Positions 42,540 through 54,700 of a stretch of DNA of 64,000 nucleotides are shown here, one piece after another. The notes beneath the pieces are model-generated. The model was not told where the DNA came from. It saw only the letters and a list, made by a program, of their open reading frames with translations, and did no database searches. Position numbers and translations under genes: made by a program. Source of the stretch: Phycisphaerae bacterium (lineage in GTDB: Bacteria > Planctomycetota > Phycisphaerae > UBA1845 > Fen-1342); the NCBI GenBank assembly GCA_050115495.1, contig JASFQK010000027.1, positions 28,701 through 92,700 on the forward strand, read 5' to 3'. How positions within the stretch are numbered: the stretch's first letter is position 1; each line of letters begins with the position of its first letter.

Positions 42540-43394
42540 ATGAGTACGGTCGAGACTTACGCTGATCTTACACGCGAGGAGTACGAGCTCGTTCGCCGAC
42601 TTGTCTACGAGCAGTGCGGCATCAACCTTGGCGACCAGAAGATGCAGCTCGTCCGCGCCCGCCTCGGCAAACGCGTTCGCTCCGGCGGCTTCAAGTCCTA
42701 CCGCGCCTACCTCGAGCACGTGCGCAACGACAGCTCCGGCCGCGAGCTCGGCGAGCTCATCGACGCCATCTCCACCAACACAACCCACCTGTTCCGCGAA
42801 AAGCAGCACTTCGACTTCCTCGCCGACGCCCTGCGCCAGTGGGCCAGTGATCCTAAGTGGCGCCGCGACCACCGCGACGTCCGCATCTGGAGCGCCGCCT
42901 GCTCCAGCGGCGAAGAACCCTACTCCATCGTCATGACCGCCTGCGACGCCATCCCGCCGCAGGCGCAACTGCCCTTGAAGATCCTCGCCACGGATATCTC
43001 CTCGCAGGTGCTGGAAAAGGCCCGCCACGGCGTCTTCGACGCCCATCGCCTCGGCACCGTTCCTGAGAGCTACCGCCGGCGCTTCCTCACGCCCATCGGC
43101 CGCGGCCGCGAGGCCGCGTGCCAGGTCAAGGAGGAGCTTCGCCGCCTCATTACGTTCGCCCGCTTCAACCTGATGGCCGATCAGTTTCCCTTCCGCCAGA
43201 AGTTCGACGTGATCTTCTGCCGGAACGTCATGATCTACTTCGACCGCCCCACGCAGCAGACGCTCGTCAACAAGATGACCCAGCACTTGAACCCGGGAGG
43301 CTACCTGCTGATCGGTCACTCGGAGAGCCTGAACCCGATCTCGCACTCGCTCAGCTATGTGCGGCCCACCGTCTATCAGAGGCCGCGCTCATGA
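42540..43394 (+). CDS. cheR: Chemotaxis methyltransferase
   Basis: TNTT.LFRE, IWSAACSSGEEPYS, ATDIS, FDVIFCRNVMIYF and IGHSES motifs. Confidence 0.95.
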   Translation: MSTVETYADLTREEYELVRRLVYEQCGINLGDQKMQLVRARLGKRVRSGGFKSYRAYLEHVRNDSSGRELGELIDAISTNTTHLFREKQHFDFLADALRQWASDPKWRRDHRDVRIWSAACSSGEEPYSIVMTACDAIPPQAQLPLKILATDISSQVLEKARHGVFDAHRLGTVPESYRRRFLTPIGRGREAACQVKEELRRLITFARFNLMADQFPFRQKFDVIFCRNVMIYFDRPTQQTLVNKMTQHLNPGGYLLIGHSESLNPISHSLSYVRPTVYQRPRS

Positions 43395-43464
43395 GCCACC
43401 CCCGGCGAGTTAGCAGCCGCGATGCCGAAGGTGAACCGGCGGCCAGTATGCGGGGGGGCCGGTC

Positions 43465-44556
43465 ATGAGGACCACCGAGCCGCTGCGCATTCTGCTCGTC
43501 GACGAGTCACTGCCTTACTGCCGGATGTTGGCGAACGCCCTCAACCGGCAACCCGGGCTCCGGGTCGTCGCCCGCGCCGACAACGCCGCCCAGCTTCGTG
43601 AGCAGGTCCGCCGTTGGCGGCCCGATGTCATCGTTCTCGACGTCGACCTGGGCCGGGGTGAAGGTCTGAACCTGCTCCGTCAGCTTCGCACGCATTACCC
43701 GGTGCCCGTTATCGTGTGCAGCGCCTCGGCCCCGCGCAGCAGCCCGCGGGCCATCCGCGCCATCGAGCAAGGGGCGCTCGACGTCGTCAACCGCCCGACG
43801 ACCTTCACGCCCGCCGTCTTCGTCGCCCTGGCCGCCGAGCTCGCCATCTTCATCCGCGTCGCGACTTCCGAGGCTCGACCGGCGGCGGTCCGCCGACCGA
43901 AGCCCGTCGCCGTGGCGCCGCCTCTCGCGCCGGCCGTTCAGTCCGGCCGGTACCTGGTCGTGGTGGGGGCTTCCACGGGCGGAACCGAAGCCATCTACGA
44001 GTTGCTCGCCCACGCGCCCCCCGACTTCCCGCCGACGGCCATCGTTCAGCACATGCCGGTCGGCTTCACGCATAGCTTCGCCGCCCGCCTCGACAGCATT
44101 ACGCCGATCCGCGTTACCGAGGCCGTCTCGGGTGAGGTCATTCGCCCGGGCCAGGCGGTCATCGCGCGCGGCGACACGCACCTGGTCGTCCGCCACTCAC
44201 CGGCCGGGTGGCAGGTGTTCTACACCGACCAGACTCTGGTGAATCGCCACTGCCCGAGCGTGGACGTGCTGTTCGAATCCGCAGCCGCCGCCGCTGGCCG
44301 TCTGGGCATCGGCATTCTGCTCACCGGCATGGGCGATGACGGTGCGCGTGGTCTGTTGCAGATGCACGAACGCGGTGCCCTGACGTTTGCCCAGGACAGT
44401 GCGTCCAGCGTCGTCTATGGCATGCCCAAGGTCGCCGTCCAACTGGGCGCCGTCGACCACGTGGCCGCGCCCGAACTGATCCCCGGTCTGCTGAGCCGCG
44501 GCCTGCAAGGCCGCGCCGACCAGCGTCCCCGCCGCGCCGCCCCCATCACGACGTGA
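43465..44556 (+). CDS. cheB: Chemotaxis response regulator methylesterase
   Basis: N-terminal receiver domain; GASTGG, QHMP, PSVDVLF, LTGMGDDGA and VYGMP motifs. Confidence 0.93.
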   Translation: MRTTEPLRILLVDESLPYCRMLANALNRQPGLRVVARADNAAQLREQVRRWRPDVIVLDVDLGRGEGLNLLRQLRTHYPVPVIVCSASAPRSSPRAIRAIEQGALDVVNRPTTFTPAVFVALAAELAIFIRVATSEARPAAVRRPKPVAVAPPLAPAVQSGRYLVVVGASTGGTEAIYELLAHAPPDFPPTAIVQHMPVGFTHSFAARLDSITPIRVTEAVSGEVIRPGQAVIARGDTHLVVRHSPAGWQVFYTDQTLVNRHCPSVDVLFESAAAAAGRLGIGILLTGMGDDGARGLLQMHERGALTFAQDSASSVVYGMPKVAVQLGAVDHVAAPELIPGLLSRGLQGRADQRPRRAAPITT

Positions 44557-44761
44557 GGGAAGAGGGGAGTCAGCAGTCGCAAGCGCAGTGCGGGGGCTTC
44601 CCTGAACCTCCGCAGTGCGGTAGAATAGTGGCGATCCTCAACCTTCTTTCGAGAAGTGGTGTGGCAGCAACCCCATCGCAGGAGGCCTGGGGTGGTGCAA
44701 GCTTGTAAGTGCTGGAACAGGACGAGGTACTGATCCGGCCACAAGAATGGGAGGCGGTGGG

Positions 44762-45340
44762 ATGCTCAGAGAATCGAAGCCGTACAGATCCTCTTCAATG
44801 CTTGCGCTGGGGGCTATCCTTGCTGTTGCCTATCTGGCTCTTCTGTCGTTGGTGCTTATCGATGGCTCCGCGCGCGATCTTCGCATCACAGTAGCTATTG
44901 GTGCGGGCGTCATCCCTCTGGCTGTCATCATGATCCTGTTATCGAGGTTCCATGTTGCTGCCGGTATAGTAGTGTGGGATATCCTTCTTGCAGCAGGGCT
45001 GGTCGTCCTCTCGACTTACATCAGAAACGATGTCATGCCGATCATTGCTCTTATTCAGGCAATTGTATACATACTTGCCGCGTTTCTGATCCTCGTGAGT
45101 CGATTTCAGACAGCAGGTACGATCAATATAGTAGTAGGGATCACAAGCATTCCCTTTGGTGTGTTCAGCATACTCTTCGGCGCATGGCTTCGCACGGTAC
45201 ATGCACGGATTGCTTTCGACCGGAGTGTTCCTGAGCCAGCGCCGGGAGAAGGATGGATCGCCTGTCACGCCTGCAAACAGACTTTCATGGGGGAACCAAA
45301 GCACGGTCACCGCTGCCCGTTGTGCGGCGCGGAACTGTGA
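44762..45340 (+). CDS. Hypothetical membrane protein with C-terminal zinc ribbon, lower GC
   Basis: About 5 hydrophobic helices; CHAC…CPLC; GGAGG upstream; visibly AT-richer than its neighbours. Confidence 0.6.
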   Translation: MLRESKPYRSSSMLALGAILAVAYLALLSLVLIDGSARDLRITVAIGAGVIPLAVIMILLSRFHVAAGIVVWDILLAAGLVVLSTYIRNDVMPIIALIQAIVYILAAFLILVSRFQTAGTINIVVGITSIPFGVFSILFGAWLRTVHARIAFDRSVPEPAPGEGWIACHACKQTFMGEPKHGHRCPLCGAEL

Positions 45341-45437
45341 ACGACGAAGAGAAGGGGACGTCGTGAGTCTGATGGCAGTGGAATGTCCTCTTCCCTTCAC
45401 CCATCACACAAGGACCCCGGTCGCCTGACTCCCTTCC

Positions 45438-45899
45438 TCAATCCATCAGTAGTTGCTTCAGTTCTGCGATGTGTTCCGATTCCGTAGCGATCTGGCCGCG
45501 GACGAACTCCTCCAGCGGCACGTCCCCTTCGATCCGTCGCAGCAGATCCTGGTACGCCTCCAGCGCCGCCTCTTCGAACGTCAGCGCTTGCTCGAAGGCT
45601 TCCTTTGCGCCCACCGACTGCGCCGGCAGCGACAGGTGCAGCTCCAGGCGTGGCACCGATCCCAGTTCACGGATCTTGCGGGCGATCACCTCCGCATGCT
45701 GAATCGTCTCCAGGAACCCCGCCCGCAGCTTTGGCTCGACGATCAGCCGCTCCACGCCCCGCACCGCATTGGCCAGGTGCAGGTAACGCATCGCCGCCTC
45801 AATCTCCTCGGCGAAGATGCTGTGCAGCTCCTGCACCGTCTCTTCCGTCGAGAGCCGGCCGCCCAATCCCGCCCGGTTATCCGCATCGTCTCGGTTCAT
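45438..45899 (-). CDS. Ferritin/bacterioferritin-like protein
   Basis: EEIEA..RY, QHAE.IA.KI..LG.VP, EEAA…Y and ESEH diiron-type pattern; ATGA-coupled to the upstream regulator. Confidence 0.8.
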   Translation of the reverse strand: MNRDDADNRAGLGGRLSTEETVQELHSIFAEEIEAAMRYLHLANAVRGVERLIVEPKLRAGFLETIQHAEVIARKIRELGSVPRLELHLSLPAQSVGAKEAFEQALTFEEAALEAYQDLLRRIEGDVPLEEFVRGQIATESEHIAELKQLLMD

Positions 45900-46417
45900 T
45901 CGGAGACCTTCTTCGCCATGCACTCGCTGTCGCACGTCGCGCAGGAGGTCGCTTCCTGTCCGCACGACGGGTCAAATACGCGCCACGCCCCCAGAAACCG
46001 CTCCGCCACGTCGCGATTCGAATCGAGGAACCGCAGGAACGAGATCAGCCGCCGGGCCGTCTCGTTGCTGACGAGGTGCTCCAGCTTGCAGGCGTCGATT
46101 TCGGCCTGTTGGGCCTGCACCCCCAGCAGCTCGGCGAAGAGCCGCTGGACGATCTTTCGCTTGGTCTTGATGGCGTCGACCAGGGCCTGCCCGTGCTCCG
46201 AGAGCCGCAGGTGCCGGTTCTCGTCCTGGACGATCAGCCCGCTTTTCTTCAGTGGTTGTAGGGAAATCGACACGCTGCCACGGGTGATGTTCAGTTGCCG
46301 GGCGATGTCCGAAACCCGGGCATAGCCCAGCCGCTGAATCAGGTCGTCGATCGCCATCAAATGATGGGCGGCGCTGTGCGTGACGACGTTCTGATCGAAC
46401 TCCTTCCAGGTCTTCAC
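45896..46417 (-). CDS. DtxR/MntR family metal-dependent transcriptional regulator
   Basis: ARVSDIARQLNITRGSVS HTH; DACKLEHLVS metal site; GGAGG before the GTG. Confidence 0.88.
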   Translation of the reverse strand: MKTWKEFDQNVVTHSAAHHLMAIDDLIQRLGYARVSDIARQLNITRGSVSISLQPLKKSGLIVQDENRHLRLSEHGQALVDAIKTKRKIVQRLFAELLGVQAQQAEIDACKLEHLVSNETARRLISFLRFLDSNRDVAERFLGAWRVFDPSCGQEATSCATCDSECMAKKVSE

Positions 46418-46800
46418 GCCCTGACCTCCTGCCGCTCGCCGGGCGGTCTCGGACCGCATTATACGTACTTTGGCCCGGCCTGCCGACGCCTCCGCCGGCG
46501 GCAGGGCAGGGTCCGGCCCCCTGATCGGGGGGCGGCTGGCGAGGGGCCCCGCTGCGGGGGGGATTCCACACCGCCTTGCGCGCGAAATCACGCACACCAC
46601 CGCCAGAATCGCGTGGTCCACGCTCATAACACCCCACCCGCGTCCCCCGGCTCACTACGGGCCCCGGTCCGGCCCCGCCGCCGACAGCCGGCGTATCCCT
46701 CGCGGGCCCCTTGGCGACCGCGGTTTCGCCCCGGGCCGGCGGCCCCGGCCGTTCCCCCGACGAGCCGGCCCCGCCCGCCGGCGCCGGCCCGCCCCACGCG

Positions 46801-46816
46801 CGGCACGCAGGTTGCC
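46801..46816 (+). promoter_or_regulatory. Sigma54 -24/-12 promoter upstream of gdhA
   Basis: CGGCACGCAGGTTGCC fits GG-N10-GC. Confidence 0.55.
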
Positions 46817-46831
46817 ATTTGGCACGGGTAA

Positions 46832-48316
<1,485 letters not shown>

Positions 48317-48347
48317 TCCTTTGCCCCACTCCGTCTGACAACCAACC

Positions 48348-48388
48348 ACGGCCGCTCTGCTACCCTCGGCAGGGCGGCCGTTCCCTTT
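48348..48388 (+). terminator. Terminator hairpin after gdhA
   Basis: ACGGCCGCTCTGC-loop-GCAGGGCGGCCGT followed by TCCCTTT. Confidence 0.6.
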
Positions 48389-48481
48389 GCCTGAGGCACG
48401 CCGCGGGCGCAGAGGGCGGGCGCCGGGGCTGATCGCCCGGTTCGCCGCCTACTCTGTCAGGTGCTTGCCGCCCCGCCCCGC

Positions 48482-49075
48482 TCAGTCGTCCTTCTTCGGA
48501 TTGTCGCCTTCAGCCCGGCGTCGCGAGGATTCTTCCTCACGCTTCGCCCGCTCCTTCTCGCCTTCCGTCAGGAACTTGCCCACCGTCTCGACGGCGGTCT
48601 GCGCCAGCGCCCCTTTGCCGCTCTCGCGGAAAGCCTTGCTGCCGACCACGACCAGCGCGTCGCCCACGTGCTGGCCGCCTTCGGTAAACCTCACGCGCAC
48701 AAGCAGTTGCGCCTCGCCGAAGAGCCCCTTCCCGTGGAAGTACAGCATCTCGCTGGCCAGCTCCAGCGTGGGTCCGCCGGTCGTGAACCGCTCCCGCAGG
48801 TCCGACTCCAGCCGCTTGGCGTAGCGATCGTACGCCGCTCGCAGCTCCGTCGGACACAGCCGCGGGCCGATGGTGCTCTCGACGGGCGTGAAGCGCACGC
48901 CGCCGCACGACTCGACCACGTGCGTGGGCACGACCTGGATGAACTCGATGTCGCCCTTCGCCCCGCGCAGCTCGTAGTAGGCGTGCTTCAGCGCGGTCGT
49001 GCAGCCCGTCAGCGGCAGCATTCCCGCCAGCAGCAACCCCGCCGTAACCGACAGCCGATGGCTGTTCAACTTCAT
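48482..49075 (-). CDS. Hypothetical lipoprotein
   Basis: Signal peptide with lipobox LTGC; GGGAG RBS. Confidence 0.7.
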   Translation of the reverse strand: MKLNSHRLSVTAGLLLAGMLPLTGCTTALKHAYYELRGAKGDIEFIQVVPTHVVESCGGVRFTPVESTIGPRLCPTELRAAYDRYAKRLESDLRERFTTGGPTLELASEMLYFHGKGLFGEAQLLVRVRFTEGGQHVGDALVVVGSKAFRESGKGALAQTAVETVGKFLTEGEKERAKREEESSRRRAEGDNPKKDD

Positions 49076-49188
49076 AGTCACTCCCTTCTGCCGCGCACCG
49101 CGGCTGACTTGTCCACCCACGCCCACCGATTCGCGCCCCCGCCCCCAAACCGCCCCGATTTGCCAACTCCTGACTTCTGTCTTCTCTC

Positions 49189-49941
49189 TTACTCTGACAT
49201 GTGCTTCAGGTCTTCCTCAGACATCTCGAAGTTGCTGTAGACGTTCTGCACGTCTTCATGGTCTTCGAGGGCGTCGATGAGGGCCATCATCTTCTCGCCG
49301 TGCTGTCGGTCCAGCGTCATCGTCGAGTTGGCCACCATCGATATTTCCGCGCTCTCCGGCTTGATCTCCGCCGCCTCCAGCGCCTGCCGGACGTTGTGGA
49401 ACACGGACGGATCGCAAGTCAGCTCGAATGCCTCGTCTCCCAGCGCCCGCACGTCGTCCGCCCCGACTTCGAGGGCCAGGTCGGTCAGTTTCTCTTCGTC
49501 CGCCTGCGACGTGGCCACGACGACCACGCCCCGCTGCTGGAACATCCAGGCCACGCAGTTGGTCGCCCCCAGGTTCCCGCCGCGGGCCTCGAAGATCTTC
49601 TTGATCTCAGGGGCGGTGCGGTTGCGGTTGTCGGTCATGACCGAGCACAGGATCGCGGCGCCGCCGGGGCCGTACCCCTCGTACAGCAGCTCCACGAACT
49701 CGGACCCGCCGAGTTCGCCGGTGCCTTTCTTGATGGCCCGCTCGATGGTGTCCTTGGGCATGTTGGCGTCGCGGGCCGCGTCGATCGCGTACCGCAACTG
49801 GAGGTTCATCGACGGATCGCCCCCGCCATGACGGGCGGCGATGATGACCGCGCGCGAGAGCCTGCTCCAGGCTCGGCCCCGTCGGGCGTCCGTGACCGCT
49901 TTAGCCCGCTTGATGCGAGCCCAGTGTGAATGTCCAGCCAT
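49189..49941 (-). CDS. yebC: YebC/PmpR family protein
   Basis: MAGHSHWA.IK, NMPKD.IERAI, YEGYGPGG, TDNRNRT and DVQNVYSN motifs. Confidence 0.95.
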   Translation of the reverse strand: MAGHSHWARIKRAKAVTDARRGRAWSRLSRAVIIAARHGGGDPSMNLQLRYAIDAARDANMPKDTIERAIKKGTGELGGSEFVELLYEGYGPGGAAILCSVMTDNRNRTAPEIKKIFEARGGNLGATNCVAWMFQQRGVVVVATSQADEEKLTDLALEVGADDVRALGDEAFELTCDPSVFHNVRQALEAAEIKPESAEISMVANSTMTLDRQHGEKMMALIDALEDHEDVQNVYSNFEMSEEDLKHMSE

Positions 49942-50027
49942 ACTGAGACCCCAAGCGTCCTGGGAACCGCCGTCATCTTACGCGAAACTGCCGGCGGCGA
50001 GAAGATGCGCCGCCCGCCGCCGCCGGA

Positions 50028-51446
50028 TCATACGTCCAGATAAAGCTGGTATTCGTACGGGTGGGGGCGGACATTGATCGCCTGCGTCTCGTCCAGGCGC
50101 TTCATCTCGATCCACGAGTGGATGAATGTCGCCGGGAAGACCTCGCCCTCGGTCAGGAAGGCGTGGTCGGCCGCCAGGGCGTCCAGGGCGTCCCACAGCG
50201 TCCGCGGCAGGGAGGCGATCTTGCTGCGGAACTCCTCGTTCTCCCGCTCGATGTTTACGTCGAACGGGCCGAAGTTCTCCTTGGCCGCGTCGATCTTCGT
50301 CCGCACGCCGTCCAGACCGGCCATCAGCATCGCCGCCAGCGACAGGTACACGTTGCCGGTGAAGTCCGGCGGGCGGTACTCGACGCGCTTGTCCTTGGGG
50401 TTGATGGCGTAGCGGGGCACGCGGATCGCCGCCGAACGGTTGGCCAGAGAGAAGAAGAGGTTGACCGGGGCCTCGTAGCCCTCGATCAGCCGCTTGTAGG
50501 AGTTCGTCGAGGGGTTGGTCAGGCCGGCCATCGCCGCCCCGTGCTTGAGCAGACCGCCGACGTAGTGGAGCGCCAGATCGCTCAGGTTGGCGTAGTTCTT
50601 CTTCTGTTCGTCGAAGAACAGCGGCTTGCCGCCCTTATCGAGCTTCTGGTGCACGTGCATCCCGTTGCCGGCCTCCCCGTAGACCGGCTTGGGCATGAAC
50701 GTGGCCAGCTTGCCGTGGCGGCGGGCCACGTTCTTGACCACGTACTTGATGATCATCGCCTGGTCCGCCGCCCGCAGCAGCGTGTCCATGGGGACTTCGA
50801 TCTCGCACTGGCCGGGGGCTCCGACCTCGTGGTGGTGGTACTTCACCGGGACGCCGATCTGTTCGAGCGTCATGCAGATCTCGGTCCGCAGATCGTGGAA
50901 CTGGTCGCCCGGCGGGATGCGCATGTACCCCTGCTTCAGGGCGATGGGCACCGCCAGGCCTTCGGTCTCGACCTCGGGCGAAGTTATGCGGACGCCCGCC
51001 TCGTAGGACTCGTTCAGCACTTCGACGCGGTCGAAGATGTGAAACTCGAACTCCGGCCCCATCCAGGCCTCGTCAGCGATGCCCTGGGCCTGCATGAAGG
51101 CTACGGCCCGCTGGGCGATCGTCCGCGGGTCGCTGGGGAAGGGGGCCTTGGTATCCGCCGCCACCGTGTCGCACAGGAAGCTTAGCGTCGGAGCGGCGAG
51201 GAAGGGGTCGATGAAGGCCGTCGCGGGCTGGGGCAGGGCGGCGACATCGCCGCTTTCCACCCGCCCGAAGCCGGCACCCGACGAGCCGTCGTACCCGACG
51301 CCCTCGTCGAAGTGTTTCTGCGCGAATTGCCGCGCCGGGATGGTGACGTGCAGCCACTGGCCGGCGATGCCGACCATCTTGAGGTCGATCATCGCTATAT
51401 CGTTGTCTTTGATGTACTTAAGCGCTTCGGCGGCGGTCGAGAACAC
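50028..51446 (-). CDS. glnA: Glutamine synthetase type I
   Basis: YDGSS, GPEFEF, HHHEV, TFMPKP.YG..GNGMHVH, NSYKRL..GYEAP, NRSAAIR and RPHPYE motifs; GGAGG before GTG 51446. Confidence 0.95.
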   Translation of the reverse strand: MFSTAAEALKYIKDNDIAMIDLKMVGIAGQWLHVTIPARQFAQKHFDEGVGYDGSSGAGFGRVESGDVAALPQPATAFIDPFLAAPTLSFLCDTVAADTKAPFPSDPRTIAQRAVAFMQAQGIADEAWMGPEFEFHIFDRVEVLNESYEAGVRITSPEVETEGLAVPIALKQGYMRIPPGDQFHDLRTEICMTLEQIGVPVKYHHHEVGAPGQCEIEVPMDTLLRAADQAMIIKYVVKNVARRHGKLATFMPKPVYGEAGNGMHVHQKLDKGGKPLFFDEQKKNYANLSDLALHYVGGLLKHGAAMAGLTNPSTNSYKRLIEGYEAPVNLFFSLANRSAAIRVPRYAINPKDKRVEYRPPDFTGNVYLSLAAMLMAGLDGVRTKIDAAKENFGPFDVNIERENEEFRSKIASLPRTLWDALDALAADHAFLTEGEVFPATFIHSWIEMKRLDETQAINVRPHPYEYQLYLDV

Positions 51447-51487
51447 AGGCGCACCTCCCAAACTCCCCCGTAGGGCCCGGGTAATTA

Positions 51488-51504
51488 AGCATGTCCCGTG
51501 CCAA
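51488..51504 (-). promoter_or_regulatory. Sigma54 -24/-12 promoter upstream of glnA
   Basis: Minus strand: TTGGCACGGGACATGCT (GG-N10-GC), about 40 nt before the start. Confidence 0.7.
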
Positions 51505-51731
51505 CGCCGGCCACAACTACCAGAGGCGGCGACGGGAGGGCCCGGCGACGTTTCGTGTACCCTACCGCGTAGCCTTTCCTGCCGCCAAGCACACGCCACG
51601 CGGGCCGTGGGCCCTTGTTCTCTTGCTGACGGGGCACAAGAATAGTCACTGGCGTTCCGACGGGAGACGCTATGGTCGGGCCGAATTCGAGGATGGGCTC
51701 GTTCGCTCCCCCAGAGCGAACGACGTATATC

Positions 51732-54700
51732 ATGCCCTCCGTCTGCCCGCAGCGGCCTGCGCTGAGCCCGCCGCCGGACGGAGAACCACCGCCGTCCGCC
51801 CGCCGCCGCGCCCGCCTGGCCGGCGTCGGCCTTCTGGTCGGCATCTGCGTCGTGGCGGGTCTTCGGGCAGGGGACGGCACAGACTCGGCGCAGCGCACGG
51901 GAGTTCTGGTGCTGCACTCGTATCACGAGGGGCTTACCTGGACGGACGGCACGGACGAGGGCATCCGCGAAGTGCTGGGGGCACGCCCCGACATCGAGGT
52001 CTACACCGAGTACCTCGATTCCAAACGCATCGCGCTCGAGGATCTGCCGAACCTGTTGGCGGACTACCTGAGGCGGAAGTACGCGGCCATACCCATCGCC
52101 GCCATCATCGTCAGTGACAACTACGCCCTGTCGTTCCTCACTACCCATCAGAAGGCGGTGTTCCCGGGCCTGCCGGTCATCTTCTGTGGCATCGACGATT
52201 TCCAGCCCGCCCTGCTGGACGGACTGGACGGCCCCGCGACCGGCGTGGTCCAGGCGTTGAATCCGCGGCGGACTCTTCGGCTGATCCGGACGCTCCAGCC
52301 CGCGCTGCGCCGCCTTGCGGTAGTCTCTGGCGTGGACGAGACCGCCCAGGCCATGAAACGCCAGGCGCAATTGGCCCTGGCGGACGAAGCCGACGGGCTG
52401 GAGGTCGTATGGCTCGATAGCCTGTCCACCCGCACCTTGCTGGAGCGGCTCGGCACGCTTTCACGCGAGGACGCCGTTCTGCTCTGCAACTTCAACCGCG
52501 ATGCGGACGGCGTCTACTACTCGCACGAGGACAGCGCCCGCCTGATCAGCGGCGCCACCGCCGCCCCCGTGTACGCCATGCAGGACCTGTACATGGGCAC
52601 CGGCGTGGTCGGCGGGAGCATGATTTCCGCCCGCGATCAGGGGACCGTGGCCGCCCGCCTCTGCCTGAATACCCTGGACACCGGCCACACGCCGCCGATC
52701 CGTCTGGAATGCCCACACACCATCCTCTGCGACTACGCCGTCCTGAGACGCTTTGGCATGAACGTGTCCGCCCTGCCTCCCACGGCCACGGTCATCAACC
52801 GGCCGGAGTCATTCTACGCGCGGCATCGGCGACTGATCTGGACCACGGTGGCGGCATTCGTCCTGCTGCTGTTGGCGCTGGCCGGCGTGACCTTTGGACT
52901 GCTGCGCTCCCGCACCGCCGGTCGCAAGCTCCGCCGCAGCGAGGAGAACCTGCGGACCACGCTCAACTCCATTGGCGACGCCGTGATCGCCACGGACATC
53001 GCCGGCCGGATCGTTCACATGAATCCGGTGGCCGAACGGCTGACGGCCTGGACCTCGGCCGCGGCGATGCACCGACCGCTGGCCGAGGTGTTTCGGCTGG
53101 TCGACGCCGAGACCGGGCAGTCGTGCGCCGCACCCGGGAGGGAGGTGCTGCAGCACCGCGGTCGGGTCGAAGTGGCCAACCACGCCACGCTGCTGGCCCG
53201 GGACGGGACGAAACACGAGATCGCCCATTCGGCGGCCCCCATACGCGCTGCTCGTGACGTCGTCATCGGCGTGGTGCTCGTCTTTCGCGACGTGACCGAG
53301 GACTACCGCATGCGCCGGATGCTCGCGCAGAGCGAAGCGCAGATGAAGCTGGCCTTGCAGGGCGCGGATCTGGGCACGTGGGACTGGGATGTGACGACCG
53401 GGCAATTAGCCTTCGACGATCGTTGTGCGGAGATGCTTGGCTACCGCCGTGAGGAGATCGAGCCGCAGGCCGAGGCCTGGCGGCAGCGGATCCACCCTGA
53501 CGACCGGCCGGCCGTGCAGGCCGCGCTGGCCGCACACCTGGCAGGCCAGACACCGGCCTATGAGACCGAGCACCGCCTGCAACACTGCTCGGGCGATTGG
53601 GTGTGGGTGCTCGATAAGGGACGTGTCATCGAGCGCGGTCCCGATGGCAGCGCCCGGCGTGTGTGCGGCACGCACCTGGACATCACGGACCGCAAGCGTG
53701 CCGAAGCCGAGCGGGAGCGGCTCCAGGAGCAACTGCAGCACGCCCAGAAGCTGGAGTCCATCGGGCTGCTGGCTGGTGGCGTCGCCCATGATTTCAACAA
53801 CATTCTGACCGCCGTTATCGGCCACACTGAGCTGGCCGTCGACGAACTGGAGACGCGCTTCCCCGCGGCCGACGCCGCCCTGGAGAGCGTGCGCGAGATC
53901 GAGAGGAACGCGCAGCGGGCCGCAGCGCTTACGCGACAACTGCTGGCGTTCAGCCGTCGGCAGGTGATGCGGCCGGAGGTGCTCGATCTCAACGCGACGC
54001 TCCGCGACGTCGAGAAGATGCTCCGCCGCCTCATTACCGAGAACATCACGCTGCAACTGCACTGCGCCGCCGACTTGCACGCGATCAAGGCGGATCCCGG
54101 GCAACTGGAGCAGGTGATCCTCAACCTCGTGGTGAACGCCCGCGACGCGATGCCCGAGGGAGGTCAGCTCGCGTTGGAGACGCGCAATGTGCTCCTCGAA
54201 GATACGCAGGTGGCGATGCCGCCGGACCTGCTGTCCGGCCCGTACGTGCTCCTGGCCGTGAGTGACACCGGCTGCGGCATGGATCGGGCGACCCGCGAGC
54301 GCATTTTCGAGCCCTTTTTTACCACCAAGACGCTCGGCCAGGGCACGGGGCTGGGTCTGTCCACGGTCTACGGCATCGTCAAACAGGCCGGCGGGCACAT
54401 CATCGCCTACAGCGAACTCAACCGGGGCACGACCTTCAAGATCTATCTGCCCGCCGTCGAGGGCACCGTCGTCCAGCGCGAACTGCCCGAGGCGGTCCGC
54501 CCGGTGCTGACCGGCAGCGGAACAGTCCTCATCTGCGAGGACGATCCGGCCGTGCGCGAGGTCACGGCACGTACCGTGAGGGACGCCGGGTACACGGTGC
54601 TGGTGGCCAGCGGCGGGCAGGAAGCGCTGCGCCTCGCCGAGGCGCACGCGCAGCTGATCGACCTGCTCATCACCGATGTCATCATGCCCGGCCTGGATGG

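Noticed and set aside
51447..52370. Apparent 300-aa N-terminal extension on GlnA
   Set aside because: It overlaps the kinase antisense; RBS, sigma54 site and homology all point to a start at 51446.
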